NCBI GenBank assembly: GCA_965213765.1
Contig: OZ243926.1
Coordinates: forward strand, 130,971-194,970
Reading direction: 5' to 3'
Length of the DNA stretch: 64,000 bases
Origin: Rhodospirillales bacterium
GTDB taxonomy: Bacteria > Pseudomonadota > Alphaproteobacteria > Rhodospirillales > UBA2165
Below, one piece after another: positions 1 to 9,371 of the stretch; position 1 is the first letter of the stretch; each line of letters starts with the position of its first letter. A model generated the notes under the pieces. That model had not been told where the DNA came from and made no database searches. It saw nothing but the letters and a program-made list of their open reading frames with translations. Both the position numbers and the translations under genes were made by a program.

Positions 1-135
1 CGCTCCGAGGGCGGCATCACGGCAAAGGTGCTCGACAGCTTCCTCGATTTCCGCAAGCAGTCCATCGCTTGGTCCAAGCTCTCGGATCAGGCCTACTGGA
101 ATGCACGGCTGCTACCGTTCAAGTACGCAGGCTAA
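1..135 (+). CDS. dctP: 3' end of TRAP transporter substrate-binding protein (partial)
   Basis: Open frame from base 1 to TAA at 133-135 (...LDSFLDFRKQSIAWSKLSDQAYWNARLLPFKYAG), directly upstream of dctQ/dctM. Confidence 0.7.
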   Translation, partial: RSEGGITAKVLDSFLDFRKQSIAWSKLSDQAYWNARLLPFKYAG

Positions 136-201
136 CCGCCTGGACATGATGGCCCGCCCGGATTTGAGGCGGGCCATCGTTCTTTCGAAGGAGGTTGCCG
201 T

Positions 202-747
202 TTGATTTCCCTACAGCGCCTCGCCCAAGGCATCGACAACCTCAACGATGTTGTCGGCAAGGCTGCGGCGTGGACTGCTTTGGCCATGGTACTGATTCAG
301 TTCATCGTGGTGGTCATGCGGTATGTGTTCGGCTTGGGCTCGATCATGATGCAGGAATCGGTCGTTTACCTGCACGCCTTCCTATTCATGGTCGGGGCCG
401 GGTACACATTGCTTCATGGGGGCCATGTCCGGGTCGACGTTTTCTATCGGGAGGCGTCCGAGCGCTGGAAATCGTGGGTCGATCTTGCCGGCGTCTTCGT
501 GTTTCTCCTGCCGGTCTGCCTGCTTGTCTGGTGGTTTTCGTTCCCCTACGTCGAAAACTCCTGGAGGGTTTTCGAGGGGTCCAAGGAAACCAGCGGTATC
601 CAGGGCGTCTTCCTTCTTAAGTCTGTCATTCTGGCATTCGCCGTTCTGGTGGCGATTCAGGGCGTGTCGATGGCGATTCGGTCGTTGCTCAGGCTCGCCG
701 GCGTCGAAACACCGGACCCCGAACCCGAAGACCGGCCCGTCGCCTGA
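202..747 (+). CDS. dctQ: TRAP transporter small permease subunit
   Basis: 181 aa with 4 hydrophobic segments and GGHVRVDVFY motif; precedes DctM. Confidence 0.9.
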   Translation: MISLQRLAQGIDNLNDVVGKAAAWTALAMVLIQFIVVVMRYVFGLGSIMMQESVVYLHAFLFMVGAGYTLLHGGHVRVDVFYREASERWKSWVDLAGVFVFLLPVCLLVWWFSFPYVENSWRVFEGSKETSGIQGVFLLKSVILAFAVLVAIQGVSMAIRSLLRLAGVETPDPEPEDRPVA

Positions 748-759
748 GGTCCCGCTGAC

Positions 760-2334
760 GTGCCGTTTTCCGAAATCCTGACCATCATCATGTTCGTCGT
801 GGTGTGTCTGTTCTTGATGGCCGGATTCCCGGTCGCATTTACGCTCGCCGGTACGGCGCTGATCTTCGCCGGGATCGGGTGGATTTTTGGGGTGTTCGAT
901 TTCTCCCTCTTCGGTGCTCTGCCGTCCAGGATTTTCGGCGGGGCGATGACCAACGAGTTGCTGATCGCGGTACCGCTGTTCGTCTTCATGGGCGTGATGC
1001 TGGAGCGCTCCAAAGTGGCCGAGGAATTGCTGGATACCATGGGCCGGCTGTTCGGGAGCTTGCGCGGCGGTCTCGGCATTTCGGTATCCGTGGTCGGCGC
1101 ATTGCTGGCCGCCTCCACCGGCATCGTCGGCGCGACCGTGGTGACCATGGGCCTGCTGTCCCTGCCGACCATGTTGCGGCGCAAATACGACCCCTCCCTC
1201 GCCTGCGGCTCGATCGCCGCCGCCGGTACGTTGGGACAGATCATCCCGCCGTCCATCGTTCTCGTCCTGTTGGGCGACCAGATCTCAAATGCCTATGTGG
1301 ACGCCCAGCGCACGGTCGGGAATTTTTCTCCCGATCCGGTCTCGGTAGGCGATTTGTTCGCCGGCGCGTTGCTGCCCGGCCTTGCCCTGGTCGGCATGTA
1401 CATTCTCTATCAGGTCATCGTCGCGTTTCTGAAACCCAATGCCTCCCCGGCAATCCCGAAGGAGGAACTTGATGACGGCGTACCGCTGTTCGGCCGGGTG
1501 ATGCGCGCCTTGGTGCCGCCCTTGGTGCTGATCGTCGCGGTGCTGGGTTCGATCCTCGCCGGTGTCGCAACCCCGACCGAGGCCGCGGCGGTCGGCTCAG
1601 TGGGTGCTTTGCTGCTCGCGGCGGTTCGGATTTCCGACAAGAAGCCGACCCCCATCTATCTGGCGGGGATCGCTCTTATTGTTATGCTTTATCTCACCAA
1701 CACCATGGATCTCCGGGTGTTGCGGAACGAAATTCCCACCGGCGACATGGCCGCCATCGTCGGCGCGGTGATCTGCTCGGCGGTTCTCGCCTGGGGGTTG
1801 CTGGTGGCGCTCATCCGGGTGACCCAGGACCGGGTGCTGACCCAGGTGGTGCGCTCGACGCTCGAAGTGTCGGCCATGGTCTTCGTCATCCTCATCGGCG
1901 CGTCGGTGTTCTCACTGGTCTTCCGCGGCCTCGGCGGCGACGACATGGTGCATGAATTTCTCACCAACCTGCCGGGCGGCATCTACGGCGCCATGATCGT
2001 GGTCATGCTGGTGATGTTCGTTCTCGGCTTCTTCCTCGACTTCATCGAGATCACCTTCGTCGTCGTGCCGATCGTCGCGCCGGTGCTGCTGCAGTCGGAT
2101 ATCAGTCCCGTTTGGCTCGGCGTGATGATGGCGATGAACCTGCAGACGTCGTTCCTGACGCCGCCCTTCGGCTTTGCCTTGTTCTATCTGCGGGGTGTCG
2201 CGCCGCCCGAGATCAAGACGACCCACATCTACAAGGGCGTGCTGCCCTTTGTCGCGATCCAGTTGATCGGGCTCGCCGTTCTGGCCGCCTACCCGCCGCT
2301 CGCGACGTGGCTGCCCAAACTGGTTTTCGGTTAG
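760..2334 (+). CDS. dctM: TRAP transporter large permease subunit
   Basis: 524 aa polytopic membrane protein; GTLGQIIPPS, GVATPTEAAA and QTSFLTPPFG motifs. Confidence 0.93.
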   Translation: MPFSEILTIIMFVVVCLFLMAGFPVAFTLAGTALIFAGIGWIFGVFDFSLFGALPSRIFGGAMTNELLIAVPLFVFMGVMLERSKVAEELLDTMGRLFGSLRGGLGISVSVVGALLAASTGIVGATVVTMGLLSLPTMLRRKYDPSLACGSIAAAGTLGQIIPPSIVLVLLGDQISNAYVDAQRTVGNFSPDPVSVGDLFAGALLPGLALVGMYILYQVIVAFLKPNASPAIPKEELDDGVPLFGRVMRALVPPLVLIVAVLGSILAGVATPTEAAAVGSVGALLLAAVRISDKKPTPIYLAGIALIVMLYLTNTMDLRVLRNEIPTGDMAAIVGAVICSAVLAWGLLVALIRVTQDRVLTQVVRSTLEVSAMVFVILIGASVFSLVFRGLGGDDMVHEFLTNLPGGIYGAMIVVMLVMFVLGFFLDFIEITFVVVPIVAPVLLQSDISPVWLGVMMAMNLQTSFLTPPFGFALFYLRGVAPPEIKTTHIYKGVLPFVAIQLIGLAVLAAYPPLATWLPKLVFG

Positions 2335-2341
2335 GCCCGGA

Positions 2342-2941
2342 CTACGCCCGAAATTTTGCGATCAGTTTCCACGCGCCCGGCAGCACCGCGGCGGCGAGCG
2401 CGATCTTGAACACCTCCCCCCAGAGGAACGGCAGCACGCCGAAGGCCCAGGCTTTCTCCGCGCCGATCAGCGTGGCGAGCCAGGCATAGCCGGGCACGAA
2501 GATGATCACCGTGCCGATGGCCATGGCCGCGAGGGTCATGGTGATTGAGCGGTCCCAGCCCTTTTCGCCGAGCCAGCCGGCAATCCCGGCGGCGAGCACG
2601 AAGCCGGCCAGATAGCCACCCGTCGGGCCGGCCATGTAGGCGAGGCCGATGCCCTTCTCCGGCGTGCCCGCGAACACCGGCAGGCCGACCGCGCCCTCGG
2701 CGAGGTAGAGCAGCAGCGTGGCGCCCCCCAGCTTCCAGCCATAGGCCATGCCGATGACCAGTACGGCGAAGGTCTGCATTGTCATGGGGACCGGATAGAA
2801 CGGCACCTGGATCTTGGCCGAGATGGTTAGCAGCCCGGTGCCGGCGATGGCGAGGATCGCCATACGGAGCCAGCTGTCGGCGGCCTGCGGCCAAGCCGAG
2901 CCGATCAGGGTCGGGTGAAGAGCCGGGTGTCGAAGCGCCAT
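2342..2941 (-). CDS. bioY: Biotin transporter BioY
   Basis: PVPMTMQTFAV...GLPVFAG...GPTGGYLAGF motifs; start placed at ATG 2941 after a GGGGGAAAAC RBS-like stretch. Confidence 0.9.
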   Translation of the reverse strand: MALRHPALHPTLIGSAWPQAADSWLRMAILAIAGTGLLTISAKIQVPFYPVPMTMQTFAVLVIGMAYGWKLGGATLLLYLAEGAVGLPVFAGTPEKGIGLAYMAGPTGGYLAGFVLAAGIAGWLGEKGWDRSITMTLAAMAIGTVIIFVPGYAWLATLIGAEKAWAFGVLPFLWGEVFKIALAAAVLPGAWKLIAKFRA

Positions 2942-2994
2942 GTTTTCCCCCATGGTGTCAGGCGGTGAGTTCAGCGGTGAATTCATCTCCGGGG

Positions 2995-3023
2995 CTTCTA
3001 CGCGACGGAAGCCCGAAGGTCAA
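2995..3023 (-). promoter_or_regulatory. Candidate sigma70 promoter for bioY
   Basis: Minus strand TTGACC-17 nt-TAGAAG. Confidence 0.4.
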
Positions 3024-3059
3024 TCTAACGTCGTTAAATTGATTGTAATAGTACCATGA

Positions 3060-3072
3060 TATCAACGGGTTA
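3060..3072 (+). promoter_or_regulatory. IHF consensus site
   Basis: TATCAACGGGTTA matches WATCAANNNNTTR exactly; overlaps the parC stop codon. Confidence 0.45.
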
Positions 3073-5304
3073 CGAAAACCGGTTGGAGCGCGGAAAACCC
3101 TTCGGCGGCAGCCGCCCGGCCTGCGCGCGCTTGCCTTGCCAGGCCATGAGATCGGTTTCGGTCCGCACCCCGGCGCCGGTCACCCAGGTGAGCCCGTCGG
3201 CGAGGGTGAAGGTTTTGAGGTCCGACAATCCGCCGTCCTTGTAGCGCTGCAGGAAGACACCCCGCCCCCGAGCCATCTCCGGCACATCCGCCAACGGGAA
3301 CAGCAGCAGTTTCCGGTTGTCGCCGATCACCGCGACCGTGTCCCCTCCGACGATGCAGGCGCCTGCCCCCTCTTCGTCGCCGGAGACGTTGAGGATCTGC
3401 TTGCCGCCCTTGGTCGAGGCGACCACGCCATCCTCCGGGACTACGAAACCCCGCCCGGTCGACGACGCTACCAGCAGCCTGGTCCCGGGCTTGTAGATGA
3501 ACAGCGCGACCACGTCGTGATCGTTGCCGAGATCGGTCATCAGCCGCACAGGCTCGCCGTAGCCCCGCCCGCCCGGCAGCTTGTCGCAGGCGATGGTGTA
3601 GCAGCGTCCGTTGGTGGCGAAGACGATCAGCTTGTCGGTGGTTTCGGCTTTCAGCGCGAATTTATGTTTGTCGCCTTCCTTGTATTTGACCTCGCCGACG
3701 TCGTCCAAATGTCCCCGCGCGGCCTTGATCCAGCCCTTGTCGGAGCAGAGGATGGTGATCGGCTCCTTCTCGATCAGCGCCTCGACCGGCACGTCGACGG
3801 CCGCCGGTGCATCGCCGATTTCGGTGCGGCGCCTGCCGAGCGCGGTCTTGTCGCCGAAGCGTTTGCGGATATCGTTGATCTGGCCGGAGATTTCCTTCCA
3901 GCGGAGCTTGGGATCCTTGAGCAATTTGTCGAGCTCGGCACGCTCCCGGGTCAGCGCCGAATGCTCGCCCTTGATCTCCATCTCCTCCAGTTTGCGCAAG
4001 CTCCGCAAACGCATGTTGAGGATGGCGTCCGCCTGCCCCCCGGTCAGCTTCAAAGCCTTGATGAGCTCGGCCTTGGCGTCGTCCTTCTCGCGGATGATCT
4101 TGATCACCTCGTCGAGGTTGAGGTAGGCGGCCAGATAGCCCTCCAGCACCTCAAGCCGGGCGGCGATCCTGCCCAAGCGATGTTTGGTGCGCCGCTTCAG
4201 CACCTCGTGGCGGTGATCGAGAAAGGCCTGAAGAACCTCGCGGAGATTCATCACCCTCGGCGTCTTGTCCGCGTCCAACACATTCATGTTGAGCCCGAAC
4301 CGGGTTTCCAGATCGGTCTGCTTGAACAATTGCTCCATCAGCATGCCGGGCTCCACCGAGCGGCTCTTGGGCACCAGCACGAGGCGCACGTCCTCGGTGC
4401 TTTCGTCGACCACGTCTTCGAGGAACGGCAGTTTCTTGGCGTTCATCAACTCCGCGATGCGCTCCACCAGCCGTGCCTTTTGCACCTGGTAGGGAATCTC
4501 GGTGACCACGATCTGGTATTGACCGCGGCCCAGCTTTTCGGTCTTCCATTTGGCGCGGATTCGGAATGAACCCCGCCCGATCCTGTAGGCCGCCTCGACG
4601 GTTTTCCGGTCCTCGACCAATATGCCGCCGGTCGGGAAGTCGGGCCCGGGCATGAAGCCGACCAGCTTGCCGACGGTGGCCTTCGGAAACTTGATCATGT
4701 GGAGCAGCGCCCGGCAGATTTCGTCCGCGTTGTGGGGCGGAATATTGGTCGCCATGCCGACGGCGATGCCGGCGGCGCCATTGGCCAGAAGGTTTGGGAA
4801 TCCCGCCGGCATGACGGCTGGTTCTCTCTCCTCGCCGTCATAGGTTTCCCGGAAATCGACCGCGTCTTCGTCGAGCCCCTCCATCATCAGGGTGGCGATT
4901 GCGGTCATCCGCGCTTCGGTGTAACGCATGGCGGCGGCGTTATCGCCGTCGATATTGCCGAAATTTCCCTGCCCGTCGATCAGCGGATATCGCACGGCGA
5001 AGCCTTGCGCCAGGCGCACCAGCGCGTCGTAGACGGCGGTGTCGCCGTGGGGGTGGTACTTGCCGATGACGTCGCCCACCACACGGGCGCATTTCTTGAA
5101 GCCTTGGTCCGGATCGAGCCTGAGTTGGCGCATGGCGAACAGCAGCCGCCGGTGGACAGGCTTCAGGCCGTCGCGCACGTCCGGCAGGGAACGGGACATG
5201 ATGATCGACAGGGCGTAACTCAGATACCGCTCGGAGATCGCCTCGGCGAGGCGGGTATCGCGGATATCGCCGGCGGGCGCGGCGGGCAAGGTGTCAGCGG
5301 CCAT
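3070..5304 (-). CDS. parC: DNA topoisomerase IV subunit A
   Basis: 744 aa; DGLKPVHRR, KYHPHGD and catalytic AAAMRYTEAR motifs; no GyrA-box recognised; follows recO. Confidence 0.95.
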   Translation of the reverse strand: MAADTLPAAPAGDIRDTRLAEAISERYLSYALSIIMSRSLPDVRDGLKPVHRRLLFAMRQLRLDPDQGFKKCARVVGDVIGKYHPHGDTAVYDALVRLAQGFAVRYPLIDGQGNFGNIDGDNAAAMRYTEARMTAIATLMMEGLDEDAVDFRETYDGEEREPAVMPAGFPNLLANGAAGIAVGMATNIPPHNADEICRALLHMIKFPKATVGKLVGFMPGPDFPTGGILVEDRKTVEAAYRIGRGSFRIRAKWKTEKLGRGQYQIVVTEIPYQVQKARLVERIAELMNAKKLPFLEDVVDESTEDVRLVLVPKSRSVEPGMLMEQLFKQTDLETRFGLNMNVLDADKTPRVMNLREVLQAFLDHRHEVLKRRTKHRLGRIAARLEVLEGYLAAYLNLDEVIKIIREKDDAKAELIKALKLTGGQADAILNMRLRSLRKLEEMEIKGEHSALTRERAELDKLLKDPKLRWKEISGQINDIRKRFGDKTALGRRRTEIGDAPAAVDVPVEALIEKEPITILCSDKGWIKAARGHLDDVGEVKYKEGDKHKFALKAETTDKLIVFATNGRCYTIACDKLPGGRGYGEPVRLMTDLGNDHDVVALFIYKPGTRLLVASSTGRGFVVPEDGVVASTKGGKQILNVSGDEEGAGACIVGGDTVAVIGDNRKLLLFPLADVPEMARGRGVFLQRYKDGGLSDLKTFTLADGLTWVTGAGVRTETDLMAWQGKRAQAGRLPPKGFPRSNRFS

Positions 5305-5389
5305 GGCGGTGCCCTTCTTCGTTTGGCGTTTCTTGTAGGTGTGGTGTCTTCAATATACCAAATCTTGTGGTTTCAACAGGGAATTCGGG

Positions 5390-5404
5390 GTTCATGAGTG
5401 GTTC
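5390..5404. promoter_or_regulatory. Candidate alphaproteobacterial LexA (SOS) box upstream of parC
   Basis: GTTC-ATGAGTG-GTTC equals the GTTC-N7-GTTC consensus, ~85 bp upstream of the parC start. Confidence 0.55.
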
Positions 5405-6140
5405 ACGTTTGCCGGCTTGCCCGGGCCGCGAGCCGGGTTCGCGCCGGCGGCACGCCCCGGGCATCGTGGATAAAGGCATGGCGCTCCAGGAAGTAGCCGG
5501 TGAGCTTCAGTCCGTCGGCGATCCCGTCGGCCGGGTTTTCGCTCTCCACCCCCCGGGCCGGGTCATCGAGCAGGAACACCGGCAGGGCCAGCAGCTTGTC
5601 CTTGTAGGTTGCGCCCGCCGCCAGGGAAACCGCACGGCCCGAATTGGGTGAGACATAAGCCAGGCCCGTCGTGCCGCCGCCGCCCGCGCATTCGGAGAAA
5701 TCGAGGCCGAACCCCATATCGGCCAGAAGATCCCGCTCCCACATGACATAGGATTCCAGCCAATCGTCGCGGCCGAGCCCGGCGATAAACTCCAGCAGCC
5801 TGACGTACGTCTCGGGGTGCGGTTCCCGCTCCGGCAGCGCCGCTTCGGCCACCGCGCAGACCGCGGACAGGCCCGCGAGCCGCATGGGATCGTCCAGCCA
5901 ATCCGCCGCGCCGGCCCGCAAAAGCTCGCACGTGTAGCTCCCGAGATGCTCTTCCAGCCGCGCCCGCCAGGTCGCCCGCACGCGGTTGCCGGGCTCGTAA
6001 ATGCCGCGGGCGCGCCTGCCTGCCCCGCCGCGGACCACGCCCGCATGGCGGCCGTGCTCCCAGGTCAGCAGATTGACGATCGCCGCGCTCTCGCCGTGCT
6101 TCCGCGCGCTCAGGACGATGCCCTCATCCGTCCAGTCCAT
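5403..6140 (-). CDS. recO: DNA repair protein RecO
   Basis: MDWTDEGIVLSARKHGE N-terminus and YVSPNSGRAVS motif; start moved to ATG 6140. Confidence 0.93.
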   Translation of the reverse strand: MDWTDEGIVLSARKHGESAAIVNLLTWEHGRHAGVVRGGAGRRARGIYEPGNRVRATWRARLEEHLGSYTCELLRAGAADWLDDPMRLAGLSAVCAVAEAALPEREPHPETYVRLLEFIAGLGRDDWLESYVMWERDLLADMGFGLDFSECAGGGGTTGLAYVSPNSGRAVSLAAGATYKDKLLALPVFLLDDPARGVESENPADGIADGLKLTGYFLERHAFIHDARGVPPARTRLAARASRQT

Positions 6141-6295
6141 CAGGACCGTCCACTTCGGGTATCTGCCCACCCGATATCGTCATACCCCGGACCTCGCCGG
6201 GAGGAGACGTGGTGGCATTGGTTCAAGCTATGCAAATGTTGCAACCCTTAACCCATTGAAATCAAACAATTCCAAAATTCCACCGTTTTTCGCCG

Positions 6296-6345
6296 CATGG
6301 ACATTCATGGACATTCATGGACATTAATGGACAAACATGGACATT
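6296..6345 (+). repeat. Five-copy 10-bp tandem repeat (CATGGACATT consensus)
   Basis: CATGGACATT x3, AATGGACAAA, CATGGACATT read directly. Confidence 0.95.
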
Positions 6346-6521
6346 TCTCATCCTTCCCGCCATGCGTTTGACGCATGGCCGCCGCGGCTCCCGGCCGGGC
6401 CATTCTAGCCGCGATTCGCCAAGCGGAAATCAAGATCGGTTCAGGGGGTATATAGGCAGGAAATGCGGCGGGCGGGAGACGCCCCGCCCTCCCCGCCGCC
6501 GAGCGGTTCGCGTGAGGGACG

Positions 6522-7436
6522 TCACGCGTTGTAGTCGAGCCCCCAGTCGCGGTACCGGGCGGGATCGTCGCCCCAATTGTCCCGCACCTTGACGAACAGG
6601 AACAGGTGGATGCGCTGTTCGAGCAACTCTTGAAGCTCTTCGCGCGCCGCCGCGCCCAGTTGCTTGATGCGGGCGCCCCGCTTGCCGAGCACGATGGCCT
6701 TCTGGCTGTCCCGCTCCACGTAGATGGTCTGCTCGATACGCGCCGAACCATCTTCCCGCTCCTCCCAGCTGTCGGTTTCCACCGTCGCCGCATAGGGAAG
6801 CTCCTGGTGGAGCTGGAGATAGAGTTTCTCCCGCGTGATCTCCGCGGCCAGCAGCCGCCGGGGCATGTCCGAAATCTGATCCTCGGGGAACATCCATGGT
6901 CCCGGCGCCATCATGCCCGTCAGGCGGGAGAGCAAATCCCCGGTTCCGTCGCCCTTCTCGGCCGAAACCATGAAGGTCTCGGAGAACACGCCTTCACCGT
7001 CCAGAACCGCCGCCATCTCCAGCAATGCGGGCTTGGACACGGCGTCGACCTTGTTGATGGCCAGCACGGCCCGGCCGCCGGTCTCTTTCAGCCGGTCGAC
7101 GATCCGCCGGGTGTCCCGGTCCGCTTCGCCGCCGCGGAAGCGGGTTGCGTCCACCAGCAGGCAAATATGATCGGCGTCCCCGGCGCCGCCCCACGCGGCC
7201 GCGACCATCGCCCGGTCAAGACGCCGCCGCGGCCGGAAGATGCCCGGCGTGTCGATGAAGACGATTTGGGTGCGGTCTTGGATGCGGATGCCCAGAACCC
7301 GGGTGCGGGTGGTCTGGACCTTGGGCGAGACGATGGACACCTTGGCGCCGACGAACCGGTTGAGCAGCGTCGACTTGCCCGCATTGGGCGCGCCGATGAG
7401 GGCGACAAACCCGCAGCGCCGCCCGGCCTCACTCAC
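6522..7436 (-). CDS. era: GTPase Era
   Basis: GAPNAGKST P-loop, DTPG, NKVD and C-terminal KH domain (VERDSQKAIVLGKRG); GTG start overlaps the rnc stop. Confidence 0.96.
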   Translation of the reverse strand: MSEAGRRCGFVALIGAPNAGKSTLLNRFVGAKVSIVSPKVQTTRTRVLGIRIQDRTQIVFIDTPGIFRPRRRLDRAMVAAAWGGAGDADHICLLVDATRFRGGEADRDTRRIVDRLKETGGRAVLAINKVDAVSKPALLEMAAVLDGEGVFSETFMVSAEKGDGTGDLLSRLTGMMAPGPWMFPEDQISDMPRRLLAAEITREKLYLQLHQELPYAATVETDSWEEREDGSARIEQTIYVERDSQKAIVLGKRGARIKQLGAAAREELQELLEQRIHLFLFVKVRDNWGDDPARYRDWGLDYNA

Positions 7437-8130
7437 CGGAAACCCGCCGCAGCAACCGCGCCGCCGCTTCCTGCTCGGCAGCGCGTTTCGAAGATCCCGC
7501 GGCCCGGGCGGCCCCGTGGCCCGCAATTGCAGCCTCGACCGTGAAATTTGGTGCATGGTCGGGTCCGGCGCGGTCCAGGTGGCGATATTCGGGGAGGCCG
7601 AGATTGCGGGCCTGAGCCCATTCCTGGAGCCGGGTCTTGGCGTCCTTTTCCGGAGATTTCCCGTCGGCGAGAAGCGGTTTCCAGTTGCGGAGGATGAACG
7701 ACCGGGCGGCTTCCAGGCCCGCGTCCCGGTAGATCGCCGCGATTACCGCTTCGCACGCATTGGCGAGAATGGCGGCATTCTCCCGCCCGCCTTTTCGTTC
7801 TTCGCCTTCGGTCATTTCCAGGTATTTGCCGAGGCCGAGGGTCCGGGCGACGCCGGTCAGTGCCTCTTTGCGCACCAGTGCCGTATGGCGGTAAGCGATT
7901 TGGCCCTCGTCTTCGCCCAAGTGGGCGTCCAGCAGCGTCTCGGCAATCACCAGGCCAAGCACCCGGTCACCAAGGAATTCGAGGCGTTCATTGGCCGCGC
8001 TTCGGCCCCGCTCGCCGGCCAGGCTCGAATGCACCAGCGCCCGGTGCAACAAATCGGGATCGGCAAAATCATGGCCGAGCGCCGCCGCCAGATCGTCGGG
8101 ATCGGCCCGGCCGCGCGCATCCCCGTTCAT
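7429..8130 (-). CDS. rnc: Ribonuclease III
   Basis: NERLEFLGDRVLG signature and C-terminal dsRBD. Confidence 0.97.
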   Translation of the reverse strand: MNGDARGRADPDDLAAALGHDFADPDLLHRALVHSSLAGERGRSAANERLEFLGDRVLGLVIAETLLDAHLGEDEGQIAYRHTALVRKEALTGVARTLGLGKYLEMTEGEERKGGRENAAILANACEAVIAAIYRDAGLEAARSFILRNWKPLLADGKSPEKDAKTRLQEWAQARNLGLPEYRHLDRAGPDHAPNFTVEAAIAGHGAARAAGSSKRAAEQEAAARLLRRVSGE

Positions 8131-8134
8131 CGGT

Positions 8135-8878
8135 TCAGACGATATCCTGGAAGAACCGCTGGAAGCGGATCACCCACGGCCAACGCCAGACGTGCCAGAA
8201 GGGCGACGAGCCGTCGGTGGAGAAGAACAGAATCTCCGCCCGGCCGACCAGGTTATCGCGAGGCACGAAGCCGACGGCGCCGATCACCCGGCTGTCCTGG
8301 GAGTTGTCCCGGTTGTCGCCCATCATGAAATAGTGCCCGGGCGGCACCGTATAGACGTCCGTATTGTCGTAGGGCTCGTTGTCGCTCATCTCGTAGATCG
8401 AGTGCCGGCGGCCGCCGGGCAGGGTCTCCGTATAGTGGGTCACCCGGAGCGGCTGGCCAAATCCGTCGATTGTGAGTTCGACCCCGGCGGGTTCCCGCCT
8501 CACCGGCGCGCCATTGATATGCAGAACGCCGCGGCGCACCTCAATCTTGTCGCCCGGCAGGCCGATGACCCGCTTGATGAAATCGGTCTTGTTGTCGGCA
8601 GGCAGCTTGAACACCGCCACATCGCCCCGCTCGGGCTCGGTGAACAGGACCCGGCCCGGAATGATCGGCAGGCCGAAGGGCAGCGAGTAGCGGCTGTACC
8701 CGTAGGAGTATTTGGAGACGAACAAATAGTCGCCGACCAGCAGGGTCGGCTTCATGGAGCCGGACGGGATATTGAACGGCTCGAAGGCAACCGTGCGCAC
8801 GACCAGCGCGATCAAGACCGCGTAGATGATGGTCTTGGCCGTATCCCAGAGGCCGGAGGATTTGGAGTCGCGGGACAA
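8135..8878 (-). CDS. lepB: Signal peptidase I
   Basis: IPSGSMKPTL (Ser), FIKRVIGLPGD (Lys) and MGDNRDNSQDSR boxes. Confidence 0.97.
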   Translation of the reverse strand: MSRDSKSSGLWDTAKTIIYAVLIALVVRTVAFEPFNIPSGSMKPTLLVGDYLFVSKYSYGYSRYSLPFGLPIIPGRVLFTEPERGDVAVFKLPADNKTDFIKRVIGLPGDKIEVRRGVLHINGAPVRREPAGVELTIDGFGQPLRVTHYTETLPGGRRHSIYEMSDNEPYDNTDVYTVPPGHYFMMGDNRDNSQDSRVIGAVGFVPRDNLVGRAEILFFSTDGSSPFWHVWRWPWVIRFQRFFQDIV

Positions 8879-9193
8879 GCTGTCCGATAAGCCCTTAATT
8901 CCAGACGATGATACGCGCCTTGGCCGGACGAGACCGGTGCCGGCGGGAATCGCGGGCGATCAAGCCAGCGGTTCGCTTTGCTGTCAAGCCGCATCGCTCG
9001 CAAACCGATCTGGGCCGGTCAAGGCCGGCCAAGGACGGTCAGGCCAAACGATAACGGCTGCTTGATCCGCTTACCGCCCCCCGGCGCGGATTGCGGGCTT
9101 GCGCCCGCCGTTGCGCCGCGCAACGCGCCCTGGGGTCCGGACCCGATTGAGCCGCCATAGGAGTGTTGCGGCGATGAGGCATAAAATGATTGC

Positions 9194-9342
9194 GTCATGG
9201 CCGGGCCCACCGGACCGGCTTCGCCGGCCGGAGGACGAACCGCGACCCGGCCATCCACGTGTACCGTGCCGCAAGCCGTCATCACCGGGTCAAATAAGGT
9301 CAATTCGGACGAATTGACCGACCCGGTGATGACGGCTTGCGG
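9194..9342. repeat. Composite REP-like palindromic element with nested hairpins
   Basis: GTCATGGCCGGG...GACCCGGCCATCCAC (9194-9258), then a perfect 23-bp inverted repeat (9269-9291 / 9320-9342) enclosing a 10-bp hairpin (9298-9319). Confidence 0.8.
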
Positions 9343-9371
9343 GTGAGCGGGGAGCGGCGGCTTGCCATGCG

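Noticed and set aside
2987-3069. BioR or BirA operator upstream of bioY
   Set aside because: No TTATMKATAA-type palindrome is visible
6296-6345. Possible CRISPR or coding repeat (ORFs 6305-6793 and 6317-6592)
   Set aside because: A 10-bp unit without spacers; the overlapping ORFs are low-complexity, have no recognisable family and partly shadow era
9019-9190. Possible structured ncRNA (SRP or 6S-like) upstream of lepB
   Set aside because: GC-rich hairpins are present but no conserved SRP or 6S motif could be identified by eye; needs an Infernal/Rfam scan
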